Positions 1 through 11,690 of a stretch of 64,000 bases of DNA are shown one piece after another (the stretch's first letter is position 1; each line of letters begins with the position of its first letter). Made by a program: the position numbers and the translations under genes. Under the pieces are notes generated by a model that did no database searches, was not told where the DNA came from, and saw only the letters and a list, made by a program, of their open reading frames with translations. The DNA comes from Selaginella moellendorffii (lineage: Eukaryota; Plantae; Lycopodiophyta), in assembly GCF_000143415.4 (NCBI RefSeq), contig NW_003314261.1:5668360-5732359 (forward strand). Direction: 5' to 3'.

Positions 1-1846
1 AAGATATCATGATTCCTCGCTAACAACTCTAATATCTTCTTTGGTACAGGATCAACTCTGTCATCGATTCGAACTAAGTCACCAATACCCTCAGCTTCCA
101 TCACTTGAACCCAAAAGGTCCAACATCCCTTCTTAGCTACTTTTTGAGCGGCCCTCATAGTCAGGAACTTAGCATCCCAATCCTTTAAGGAATGCTTTTG
201 CAACTGGAAGGACACATCAGGACATCCTTCTGACTTTAATGTGATACGACTTTGTCCAGCACCATAAATCCCTTTTATATACTTGTTGAAGAAATCCATA
301 CCAAACACTATATGAAAATCTGGTATCTTCAACACTACCAGGTCCACTCTTTCTTTCCACTTGGATATCTTTATTGGAACATCACTCACAAACTTTTTGG
401 CTACTTGCCCACCTTCCGCAAACTAGAAGTGCATAGGCGACATTTGCTCAGCATTCAATCCTAACAACTTAACTAAGTCTTCAGATATCACACTGTGCGT
501 AGCTTCTGTGTCAATCATCACTCGGATTCAGTGTCCACAGACAAAGCCTACCAGATACATCAACGGATCAGTATTTGCATTGACTGCAAGAAAAGCTTGA
601 GGAAAGCAACGAAAGTTACTCACCTCTTCTTCCTCATAGTCTGCATTGACCAACTTGTCAACCCTTTCGGCTTCACCACCACCATCTTCCCTCATGACAT
701 TAACACAAGACCTTGTCTTATGCTTGTTAAGACATTCCAAGGACCTGTGTCCCAACTCTCAACAATGGAAGTAATGACCCACACTACCCGTTCTGCTAGG
801 AGCAGGTTTTGCAAGTTGCTGCTACTTGTACCCACCAGGAGGAGGAACAAAGGGCCTAGGACCAGAAGAAGCTGCTAGTGGTCTCCAACCACCACCACCT
901 TTGTTAACCATTGCTTGTGAGCCTCCAGGGTAGAACTTTCTTTCCACCCTCTGTTTCTGTCACCTTGTTTATTCCTAGAATTCCTATTCTTATTTGAGTT
1001 ACCACCATACAGTTGCTAATATTGTTCCATGAGCGAGTGACTAAAGGTAACTTGCTGCATTGCCTCCTTACACTCCAGGTACGTCTTCAGCTTAAACTTC
1101 AAAATCTCATTGTGAGAAAGTGAACTTAAACCTTCCAGGAAATAACTTCAAGCATCTTCATCACTCATATTTGCAATCATAATGGGCTTCTGAGCAAACG
1201 CATTTAACGTAATGCATGAGGTCCCCTCTACGTCTGCCGCTATGAAATAGTTTTCCATATCACAGACCCAGTCTTCCAAAACCTGATAGTCCCGCATGCC
1301 TATGAAATTGGGTGGTTTCGGGGGTTTGAACTTTGAAACTCGTGCAACCGGGGGTGGCTGCAGAACTTCATCATCCTCAAAACTTGAAGAGGAGTCCGGT
1401 TGCTTAGGCTTAGCTAGTTTAGCTGCCTCGGCTTCTTTCTTCCTTTTCTTGTTCTCCTTCTTCAATTTGTGAATCTCCGTTCACAAATTCTCGATCTCAA
1501 CTTCCTGAGCCGTATGCTGCAGTGTTGTAGTATCTGGCTCTTCCTCTTCTGACTCAGCCTTTGTCTCTTCTGCACCATCTCTAGTAAGAGTTTCCTCCTC
1601 TCGATTCACCCATCTAGAGGTTTCAGCGTCATCAGCACGGTTCTTCTTCACCATCCTACTAGCTGCATGTATGCCCTTTATCAGTAATTGAACATGCATA
1701 CAACGTTCTTACCGAATGGTGCAATCCAACTAACTCTACACATGTCGCTTCGGATCTACTAAAAAAGTCTCTGCGTATGCAACTTGAGTCAGAAAATCCG
1801 ACAAAAGTTGGATAGAAATCACTGAGACTATTTCTCTAATACCAAA
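1..1846 (-). mobile_element. Ty3/Gypsy LTR retrotransposon 5' internal region (PBS, degenerate gag, zinc knuckle, protease)
   Basis: PBS TGGTATTAGAG (tRNA-iMet type) on minus at 1834-1844. Gag-like VLEDWVCDMENYF and protease region match the copies at 16.4-17.8 kb and 28.6-30 kb. Stops and frameshifts present. Confidence 0.9.
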
Positions 1847-2750
1847 TGTAGCGCACCTGAATTTGGAGCCGAACTCCAAGCCTATTGCGCTACAAACGAG
1901 GGTCCAGTACAATCCCATGAGCACCATCTCCCTGTATCTAGCACTTGCACGCAAAATGGTGTCAAATGGAGTCTGGCACAATTTTGGCATACCAGTGGCC
2001 TAACGCAAGGAGGAACCGACTAGAGCAATGTGGAGCTTCGGCTTAGACCCAAGCCGGACACAGAACAAGGAGCGACACAGCTCAGCGGGAGCCAAACTAA
2101 TGTTTTAGATGGTTGGACATACACTTCAACCACTATCCCTACGATACATTTGGGACCCCCCCCCCCCCTTTAAGAACACACGCTTTAGGCTTTCACCCCA
2201 AGCCTCCCTTAATATCAGGAGTTAGTCTCTTTGGGATAAGCTTGAAACTTACTAAATATAGAATGACGCTAGATTGCGAATTTGGACACGAGACGAACAC
2301 CATTGTGTTCAAACTGACCTCTACATTCTGTAGATATGCCAAATGAGCGAATCTAGACACTTTCCATAAATAGCATTTGGGACCGAAATGAGACTAACAC
2401 AAAGGGTGTGATAGCGAAGGTGTTTGGCAGACTCGGTAGGCTATCATCCAGCAATATTAAGGGACTAGTCTCAACACGCGAGGGTTCTTGCCAAGCCAGT
2501 GTAAGACAGAGTAAAAGAGAACTAACAAGCCAGGCCAAGTATGCTTAGGTAAATAGACACTTAGGAATTCCTTCCTTATGCTCATTCGGCCAAGTATAGA
2601 TGCAAAGTCCAGTTTACTAACACTTGGACAAGAGGGGCTAATAAAGGGAACTAGCAGTACCGACCTCTTGCCGTCGTGGCAGTAAGGAAAGAGTGTCCGT
2701 AAGGACTAGCCAACAAGTATCTTTCGATACCTGAAGTCACATTTGCGACA
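1847..2750 (-). mobile_element. 5' LTR (~904 bp) of the Gypsy element
   Basis: TG...CA ends (TGTAGCGCA...TTTGCGACA), adjacent to the PBS; homologous to 32833-33476 and to the right part of 48598-49752. Confidence 0.9.
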
Positions 2751-3060
2751 TGCTTGAAGCTCTATGACTATTCCAACATCGTTCCATGCTTTTGTCCCTT
2801 CGCTCTTTGGGCTAAACACTCAAGAGTCGTTCTATGCTCTAGTTCTTTTGCTCCTTCACTCCTTCGTTACAAGTTTGGGAGTTTGGCTCCATTCCTTCAT
2901 TCAGTGGCTCAAAGCTTTGAAATTTAGGTTTCACTCCGCTGTCCTTGAATATGTGGCATATGGCACATGGCATGTGGCATATAGAGGGTTTAAATTCCGG
3001 CTCATAGTTATCCTATAATATATCACCATAGGATGAAGGGTGAAAACCACATATGCTACA
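2751..3060 (+). mobile_element. Terminal fragment of a related LTR in opposite orientation (target of the nested insertion)
   Basis: Its reverse complement (TGTAGCATATGTGGTTTTCACCC...) aligns with the start of the LTR at 48598. Confidence 0.75.
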
Positions 3061-4200
3061 ATATAGCTATTTAATATGAGTTTCTTCTCTTCTTTCAAAA
3101 TAGCTTTTCAATGACTTCAAACACAATACATGGAGATAGAGTCTTTGGAATGTAAGTACTCATTGGATGGTATGCAAAGCTATAGACAAGGCCTTTGTCA
3201 TCAGAAGTGTTATAGATAGATTCAATTCAAGAAGGCTGAATTATATCATGTGGATCCATAGTGAATACCATATCATAAAAGCCATTGAAAATATAGAAGG
3301 TATTTTTATTCACATAACAAAGACAGCTCTCACCTTTTTTTATTTTTTGCATATAGATCTCATCAATGACAATGACCACTTGGAGCCATTTCTTATTGCC
3401 ATGAGCTTGGGAGCAAATGTTGAGAATTTGATCATTGTTGAAAAATATCCACAACTAGACAAATTTGCCTTGCACTTAATAATTCCTAAATAAAACCTCA
3501 TAAGCAACAATCATTTGTCTTGTTGCCTTATAGGGCATCTCTCACCAATTATTGCAAATGTGACTTTGGGTATTAAAAATAGTTGACAAGTTGAGGCTAA
3601 CTTATAATAGCTTCTAAGAAAGCATTTGAGTGCAATGTTGCAAAATAACTGAGAGAACAAGAAAAATAAGATGCTAAAGAAGCAAAACTTTTTGAAAACC
3701 AAAGTAAACAATATGAAAATAAAAACAATGCTAGAAAGCAAACAAGCAACTAAACTCAAATATAATCAAAAGTAACTCAAATGGCACTAGAAAAAACATA
3801 GGAGGACAATATATGGTTGAAAACTCCTGGAATCTCTAAACTGGGAGGAAAACATCCACACGAGATCTTCCTAGGAGTTTCAAATCTAATCTAGTCCCTA
3901 AATCTAAAACTACACTACAAGAAGAATGCACTTACCTGCTTGTGCCAAGCCAAGTTGAGACTGTGAACAAGTGCTTGAAGGTGCTAGTCCCATGCCTTTG
4001 ATCCCTTGAAGGCGGTGGGTAAGTAAGACATTGCCATTGCTATGAAGAGCCAAAGAGATAGGCAGAATGACGATGTATTGCAATGTATTTTGTATTAGGG
4101 ATAAGTCTAAAAACATTCTAAGTTCTACTTTTATAGTCGCTAATGCTCACGTCAAGGTTAGGAATACAGTCCTAACCTTGAACCTCTCAAGTTTACTTTC

Positions 4201-5786
4201 CTAAGCTTGAATCCTCGAGCCTGTCTTTTTCTCCCTTCTCCACTCTCCCACGATTGCCTTGTGCTGCGTCCCGCAGTCACTGCTCCATCGCTGCATCATG
4301 GGTAGCCGTTCCCTCATGCGGTTCCTCCTCCTCTTCCTCCTCATCATAAGTCTGAGCTGCTTCCTCGAGTGCGTGAATTCTTTCTTTGCTGCGAGCAGCT
4401 CCTTGTTGAGCCTTGCATTTTCCTGCTCGTACTGCTGCGATCCTGCTCCTCGCGGCCTCATTTCTCCGGTGTGTAGCGGCGTGGAGGGTGGTTGTGGAGG
4501 TGCTACTCTGCTCCATCCTGCTGCCCATGGTTGTCCATCTCGTCAGCTTCGTCGATTGGTGAGAGCCCGTGACTTGCTTTGTCGAAACCCTTGTCGTTGT
4601 CCTTGGCCGTGGCAGTTATCACAACCGTTTTGGGCTCAAGGTTACAGTCCTGTGTTGCTGACTCAAGACTGCAAACTTGAGCTTCCGGGAGCTGCTTCGG
4701 ATCAGCTTTGTCGATTTGAGTGCTTTCGTCTTGAGTGTGTATCTCTAGCAGTGAAATTTCCTGCGTGTGATCCTCTGGGTTTTCTTCGACATGGGGTGGT
4801 TCCTCCAGCGTGTTCTCATGCTCCACAAGTCCCTGTTCCTTTGGAGTTTCCTTCTGGAATTCTCCTTGTTCGTCCTGAACTTCCACTCGTTTTTCCTGTG
4901 CCTCTTCTTGGTCGTCTTGCTCCTCATCCTCTTTTTCCTGTGTCTCACTCCCATCGCTATGGTCATGCTTCTCCTTCACTGCCCTCACCTGGGCGTGAGG
5001 GACGATCACCAATGCTCTGTCATTGTTGACTGACAAAGCCTCAATATACGGGAACAACATTGTTGTAATTTTCTTCTTACTCTCCAGCGCATTGTAAACC
5101 TGTGAGAGTTCCCTATGGAACTTGGTGTAAACGTATGCTCCCAAGTCGACCTGGACTCCATTGTTCAGGTCCTCGTAGATGAAGGCAACGTTCTTGCTCA
5201 CTGATGTCGCCGTGCGTCGGAATTCCAATGTCGCAAGAAGGAATTTAAAAATCCCTCGGAAGTTTTCCTTCACATTGGAGAGCTGCAGAGATGCTGCTGT
5301 CTTGTAATTTGCTGCACGCTTCATGATCTCTGGATCAATGGCTCTGTCTCACGGAGCTGTCACTCGCTTTCCCCTGTTTGGTAGCTGAAGAGCTTTGGCG
5401 AAGTCTTCTTCTTCAATCGTGATTTTTCCGCGCGCAAGATCGATAATCTTCCTCTCGATTCCCTGCTGGCCGGTGCTTGTCGTAGCTGTCATCAGGACCG
5501 AAAAGCCATAGAGTTGATGCTTTCGCAACCATGCATCAAGAGTCTCATCGCGAGACCATACTGGATTGCCCACTTGGAAAACCGTGCATACCTTATTCTC
5601 CTCGTCGGAGAGTTCTATCGGTTCTTCCTCTTCCCGTGGATGGCATGAAGCCCTTGTCCCAACTCTAGTCCTCATTGAAGCTGCGCTTTCACCAGACCAA
5701 GAATCACTACAATTTTGATCACTGTTTGCCCCTAGTGGGCTCCCTTTTTCCTGATCCCGGAACTCTTTTCTTCTCACAGCCGCCAA
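4201..5786 (-). pseudogene. Retrotransposon-associated extra ORF (plant transposon protein-like N-part, acidic linker, coiled-coil tail), disrupted
   Basis: ORFs 5349-5786 and 4503-5324 share a frame, split by TGA at 5349-5351. ITIEEEDFAKALQLP and VDLGAYVY...MLFPYI resemble plant LTR-element accessory ORFs. Confidence 0.55.
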
Positions 5787-6256
5787 GATTAGGGTTAGGT
5801 CCCATTCTTGTTGAAAGCTCTATTTCGTTAAAGTGGGAATTGTCATTATCCTACTTGTAAAATAAGGTTTCCAAACCTTTATATAGTATATAAATATAAC
5901 AAAATTCAACTGCATTGAGGCACATGCCATTTTATTTTAAACAAGGAAATGTCTACTCAATCACTTCTCCTCCCCCTGCCACTGCTTCACCTCTCTCTTC
6001 TCCTTGTCATCGTCATCCAATTTCTTTCCATCCTTTTAATATTGGCTCAGTTGCTCCGAGTCTAGGTGGAGCCCAAGTCCCCATTCAATCTTTACTTTCC
6101 CCTTATTAATAAAACAACTTTGTAGACTTCCAATAACATGCTGTAACACTTCTAGTATAATGCAAATCCTCTCAAAGAATTGTCTTTTAATATTAATACA
6201 ATGGCATGGAACCCCATGCCATAATAAGTTACATTTTAAAATAAATACATGCCATC

Positions 6257-8871
6257 TCAGACTGTTATTTTTTCCCTCCAACGCCTATACAATAATCTTG
6301 GAATTTCATCACTCTCCACACTATCAGGATTTAAACCCAATAGTAATGCCATCTCTTCTCTAATACGTCCACGCTCATGTTCAGTGGTCGAAGAACCCAT
6401 CCGGTTGAGCAGATTATGGAGATGCGGATAGTGCTTGGCTAGACAATATACATGCCATAAATGATGACTAGTGTGGACATTCGTCGGTATCTTCTTCTTA
6501 GCCATTATCCCATGGATCTCCTGCATCTCCTTGCCTTTCAACCGAGCCTTCACCTCGTTCAAGGCCTTCCAGAACTTGTGATAGGATTTGGAGTCGTAGA
6601 TCATATAGTGGACTGAAGATTCCACCTCCGCAAGTCCCACCATTAAGTCAATGATGGAGCTGACTTCGTCTGCATGAGTGATCTCCTTGTTTGTGAAGTC
6701 CATCACACAAAAGATGTTCTTGACCTGCTCATCTCCGCGGGAAACGATGCTCCTCCACCTTTGATCCTCATCCGAATTCACGTATACCCGGTAAGGTTCT
6801 CGATAGGCCTCTACTGCGGGGTCGAGCTGTTTCTAAAGCCGGCGGTCGACATCCCTTTTAATGAAATTTGGATACTGATCCAACTTCTCAGCTTTACTTT
6901 TCATGGCATCCCGCAGTAGATCGATGAACTTGGGGGCCCCCTTCACGTACTCGTCGATGTCTTCATTTGACAACTCCAGCTCTTCCATCATCTCTTGCGT
7001 GGTGTCGATGCTCACCCTCTCCACGGCCACTTGCTCGAAGATCCAATCCTTCAATAGCGCACGAGCTCTCAGAGTCGTGCACAAGTCCTCGTATGTCACA
7101 ATATGGCCGGGAGTCATTTTGGTCTTGTTGAAGACTACCTCACCACGTAGAAGAGCATTAGCCACTGTCAGAAGGTCGTTGTCGTCTAGAGACCGAGAGA
7201 AACGCAAGGCGTTGAGCTTCAAATCATTGGGCTTCCGGCCGTCCTCCACACCCATTGAGTTTAGCAACTCCCCGTCATGGTACCTCCTCAGCACATCTAA
7301 CCATTTGTCAAAAACAACTTTTGTCGTGAGTAGAATGTTATGGATGTTGAGTGTGTCATTGACCCCTAGTGTTTTCGAGAGAAGACTCGAGAATTCCTGC
7401 AATGGAAATGGCGTGAGGCCACATGCTATGCCACATGCAACGAGGCTTACCTGCCAGGCGCTAGTTGCTAGTGCACGTCCTTGTCCTGGTTTTTGTGGCT
7501 TCTTCAGTTGAACCCAGAGCTTCCGTGTTCGTGCCAATGTCTCGTGCAGACCCGATTTGTAGCACATTTCTTTCTTGACATTCTGCGCGTGGGAGATGTA
7601 TATGATAGATCGGAGGGGCGAGTTGCCTTTTATCAAGCGGACAACTCTTGTTTTGAAGACTTTCTTCACCTCCTCGCCCACCATAATATCCACAACTATC
7701 TCTTGCATCGCCAAGCTAGAATGTTGCCCGGAGACGGCATAGAACCGGATGTTCTGATCGTCCAACACCTTCCTATTGATCAAGTCTGGAAACCTCGTCT
7801 CGCCCTTCATTGTTCGGTAGTAGGGGATCACGTCTACGATGTCGGGTGTTACTGGACTTGCCAGCATCTTCTGCTTCAGTTTCTCCACCCACTCATCAGA
7901 TATTAGCCTGTGGTTGTATTTGCTTTGGATGTCGATATGGCTCACGTCGATTGTATATACTTTGTTGGAATAGTAACAAGTACTATTATCTGCGACGATT
8001 TTTGCTGCCTCTTCTTGCTCTTTCTGCTCTTTGCGGCTCTTCTTTTTGGTGGGTGTAGTGTTTGAACCCGAGGCAATGGCATCACCGAGTAGCTTCTTTT
8101 TTGGAGCAGGAGAGTCGGACGTCGGCTTGAGCTTGACCACCCTTTTCTGCTTCGGGGTAGTTTCCAGATCGACCCCCTTCCCCTTGACTTCGCGAACTGG
8201 AGGCACTCTCAACGGCTCAATGTTGGAATATAGTTTTTGAACATCGCCATAGGTGAGGTCCGTGGATTCCATGTGATCTTCATAGACCCGCAGCGTCTTT
8301 GAGATTGTGGGCCTCCTGGACAACCTCTCCCTAGCTCCCTCTAGGAATTCCTCATAGCCGCTGCCCCCCTCCGGGAAGCCGCTAGGATGTGCAAGGTGGA
8401 TCTTGAAGGCGGATGCTGTCTCTACCACAAGTGTCAGTCCATATTCTTACATGGAACTGCATGGAGTGTCTGTCACTTGGATGAGGATCCCCATGCATTC
8501 TTTTCTCCCACCATCTGTGTTGTACAGCCTTAGATCCTCGCCTTCCATCCCGAAAGTCCAACTGGTGAGCTCCTCCCCCTTCTCTGCATCCACATTGACA
8601 GTGGCTGGAAGAAGAACGCAATTCCTCGCCTGTTCAGAAATGCACAACAATTAGAGCTGACAGATGAAAAGCTAGCAGCTGGAAATAACGTGAGGCCACA
8701 CGCCATTCACCACTGCATCAGATGTCTTGAGGTTGCATCCTAAGATGGCGTGAGGCTACACGCCATCTGTAACCGGACTGCACTCGAGAGCCCAATCGGT
8801 GCATGCCAATGTTGCTACTGAATGGCATGTGGCCTCATGCCATTTTCTACTTGGCCTAAAAGACTTACCAT
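6257..8871 (-). pseudogene. Transposon accessory gene with a ParB/Sulfiredoxin-like domain; two premature stops
   Basis: ATG 8871-8869, GT-AG intron 8868-8630, exon 8629-7451, 54-nt intron 7450-7397, exon to 6257. ORFs 8447-8650, 6833-8428 and 6257-6781 share one frame, split by TAA (8447) and TAG (6833). Motif RLISDEWVEKLKQKM...FYAVSGQHSSLAM. Confidence 0.7.
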
Positions 8872-9469
8872 TTGAAGTTGAATGGAGGCGTGACAATCAA
8901 GGCCGGACTCGTTGGCGAATGTGCACTGTGTGTGCAGCGGATCGTAGCAGCAAGGCTACTCTGCCACTTACAGTTGGAGAGTGGCGCTGAAATCTCCTGG
9001 GACGCCAAATGGGCTGCGTGTGGGTGGCGGAGTGGGCGGCGGAGTTGGTGGCGAAGTTACAAACTGGGTGTGTCTTGAAGTGGACGCCGATGCACACGAG
9101 CACGATGCGAGTGCAATGCGAGCGCGAGTGTGATGCAAGCGCGAGTGGACGCCGATGCACACGAGAAACCTGTAGAGAAGGTAGATGAGCGCGAATGTGA
9201 GCGTGATCGCGAGTGGGAGCGCGATGCGAGCGCGAGTACGATGCAAAACCTAACCTCACACGCGCGAAATGTCACGACGGTTGGTAATCCCGCAACGTCA
9301 TCATTCCTTGGACTTGGGCGCCACCATTAATTTCTGGATCGCTGCGCGCATGCATGCACGTGAAATCCAAAAGAAATCCGCAATGTCATCATTCCTCGAA
9401 CTGCACGCACGCGAAATCCAAAAGAAAGATCATGATTGGGATATCATTTAATATGCCGAGCAGTTACAC

Positions 9470-10927
9470 GGCAAATAATCTTGGCGCGGATTGCTGACAT
9501 GGCATGGCAAAGTTCGAATCATTGATATGGCACAGCTGGATCGAGGCAAGGACATGATGTGACAAAGTTCAACGTCCGACAGCAAAGTCTAGAAGCTACT
9601 CAGTTTGAAATTTGTCAGAGGAATTATAAGATCTGGTTTGTCAAAGGATTTGATGTGACGTTCAAGCGTGTGGGCTCATGCAATTTTGATCCCAAAAAAT
9701 GCACCAAAAAATGCTCGGCATTATCTCTTGAATGGCATGGGGCCGCATGCCATTTTCAGGGGCACATAGGAGTATATTCCTAGAATATTCTGACACGTGC
9801 GAGATTGTTTTGAGTTTTCTGGAGATCCAACCGTTAGATTGCAACTAGATTTTACAGAATGGTATACAATGTCTTTCTTGATGACCTTGCAAAGAAGCAT
9901 CTCGATCGGACACCACATGAGACCACACGAGCCTTACAATGTTTCAGGGGCATTTGCCATAGATCCGACCGTTATTTTGCTCCAAGATTTTACAGTTTGG
10001 TGTGCATTGACCTTTCCATCGACATTGCAAAGGGACATCACAATCAGATGTGGGATCACAAGAAACTAACTTCACTAACTCTGGTTTCACCAAGATCTAT
10101 GTAAGGAGTTATGAAATGAAAGAACCCTCTCTATTGAAATGTGTTTATCGTCCTAGGGGCATTGTGACATATCAAAGGATTTTGCATCAAGTTCTGTATT
10201 TTCATGTTTATCAAGCTACTGAATTGCTAAACCCTAAACCCTAAACCCTAAACATGTGGCAAATGCTGCGTGAAGAAAGATGCCCTTTCTGGGCAAATGC
10301 TGTAAGAGGCAGATGCCGAGCAGATGTATCTCAGGCTAGCGAAGGGGACAAACGAAAGCTAGCTATAAACATGACGGGATGCAAATAGATTACTAGGCTG
10401 GTCCTGCGAAAATCTAAAACCATAATTGAAAACATTGAAAATGCAAAAAGAAAGGTTTATAATATTTTTGAATTTTAAACAACCAAAGGAATGTAAGTAG
10501 GGCATGTGTTTGTAAGTTTAAAAATGCCTCAACCACTTAAATTCCCAAGTAAATAAAGCTGTTTCTATTTTTGGTACAGATAAACTTTATAGCATGTGGG
10601 CTCATGCAATTTTGAACCCAAAAATGCACCAAAAAATGCTCGACTAGCATTATTCTTTGAATGGTGTGTGGCCTTATATTGCCATAAATGGACGTACACA
10701 CACAGCATAATTATTCCTTTACATGGCGAATAATCTTGGCACGGATTGCTGACATGGCATGGCAAAGTTTGAATCACTGACATGGCACTGCTGGATTGAG
10801 GCAAGGACATGATGTGACAAAGTTCAACCTCCGACAGCAAAGTCTAGAAGCTACTCAGTTTGAAATTTGTCAGAGGAATCATAAGATCTGGTTTGTCAGA
10901 GGATTTGATGTGACGTTCAAGCGTGTG
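9470..10927. repeat. Duplicated blocks in the transposon intergenic region (9470-9672 ~ 10724-10927; 9665-9755 ~ 10591-10685)
   Basis: Near-identical direct repeats read directly, in A-B...B-A order. Confidence 0.85.
10227..10253 (+). repeat. Short interstitial plant telomere-type repeat (CCCTAAA) x~3.5
   Basis: ctaaaccctaaaccctaaaccctaaac. Confidence 0.8.
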
Positions 10928-11357
10928 TTATTTTTGAATTCTCGAACTCATTCCTAGGTCTATCATTTTTGTGCGCCGTGTTCTTGGTTCCGCTGAGCGC
11001 AGTGAGCGCTGCTTGTGTAAGCGGCGTTGTGAGCTGTGGTTTATGCGTCTACGAGCGGTTGCGGCATTGCGAGTGCCATTGCGAGTGGCAGTTTGTGCAA
11101 GCGGCGCTACGAGCAGTTGCGGTGTTGCGAGCGGCGCTACGAGTAGTTGCGGTGTTGCGAGCGGCACTGTCTTTGGTGTGGCTACCGCTTCCTCTTGATA
11201 TTCGGCACTTGTGCTTCCTAGTATGTTCACTATGGAATGGCTTAGGACCACATTTAGAAATGGCATGAGGCCACATGCCATTTTGGGCCCTTGCAATTTC
11301 ATGGCTAGCGTATTGTCATGTATGTTTTTACTTGCCTGCAGCTGTGTGTATATCAAG

Positions 11358-11538
11358 ATGGCATGAGGCCTCATGCCATCTTTGGCCCCTGCTAGCCTAT
11401 TGCCATATTCCTTTTGCCTTGCTGCAACAGTATATATTTTTGTATGGGTGACTAGTCACGCACACAAAAATATATACAGTTGCAGCAAGGCAAAAGGAAT
11501 ATAGCAGGGGCCAAAGATAGCGTGAGGCCTCATGCCAA
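11358..11538. repeat. ~180-bp foldback inverted repeat capped by two 22-bp palindromes
   Basis: Arms pair around the centre GTGACTAGTCAC (~11448-11459). Confidence 0.85.
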
Positions 11539-11690
11539 TTTTGTGAATGCGAAATTTCACGTGGGTGTCAATAGCATGTTTGAATAATGGCATGTGGCCT
11601 CATGCTATTGAGGTTGTTTGGTATGTTATGATTTAGGCCATTCTCCAATCATTTTTTGTATGGTCTTAACTTCTTTTCTGCACTTTCAGA

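Noticed and set aside
3167-3759. Small hydrophobic ORFs (also 19449-19992 and 26411-26954)
   Set aside because: Low-complexity AT-rich sequence with no recognisable domain.
4152-4181. Helitron 3' hairpin
   Set aside because: No CTRR terminus at the expected distance on either strand.
10227-10253. Chromosome end or fusion scar
   Set aside because: Only ~3.5 units; such telo-box runs are common interstitially.
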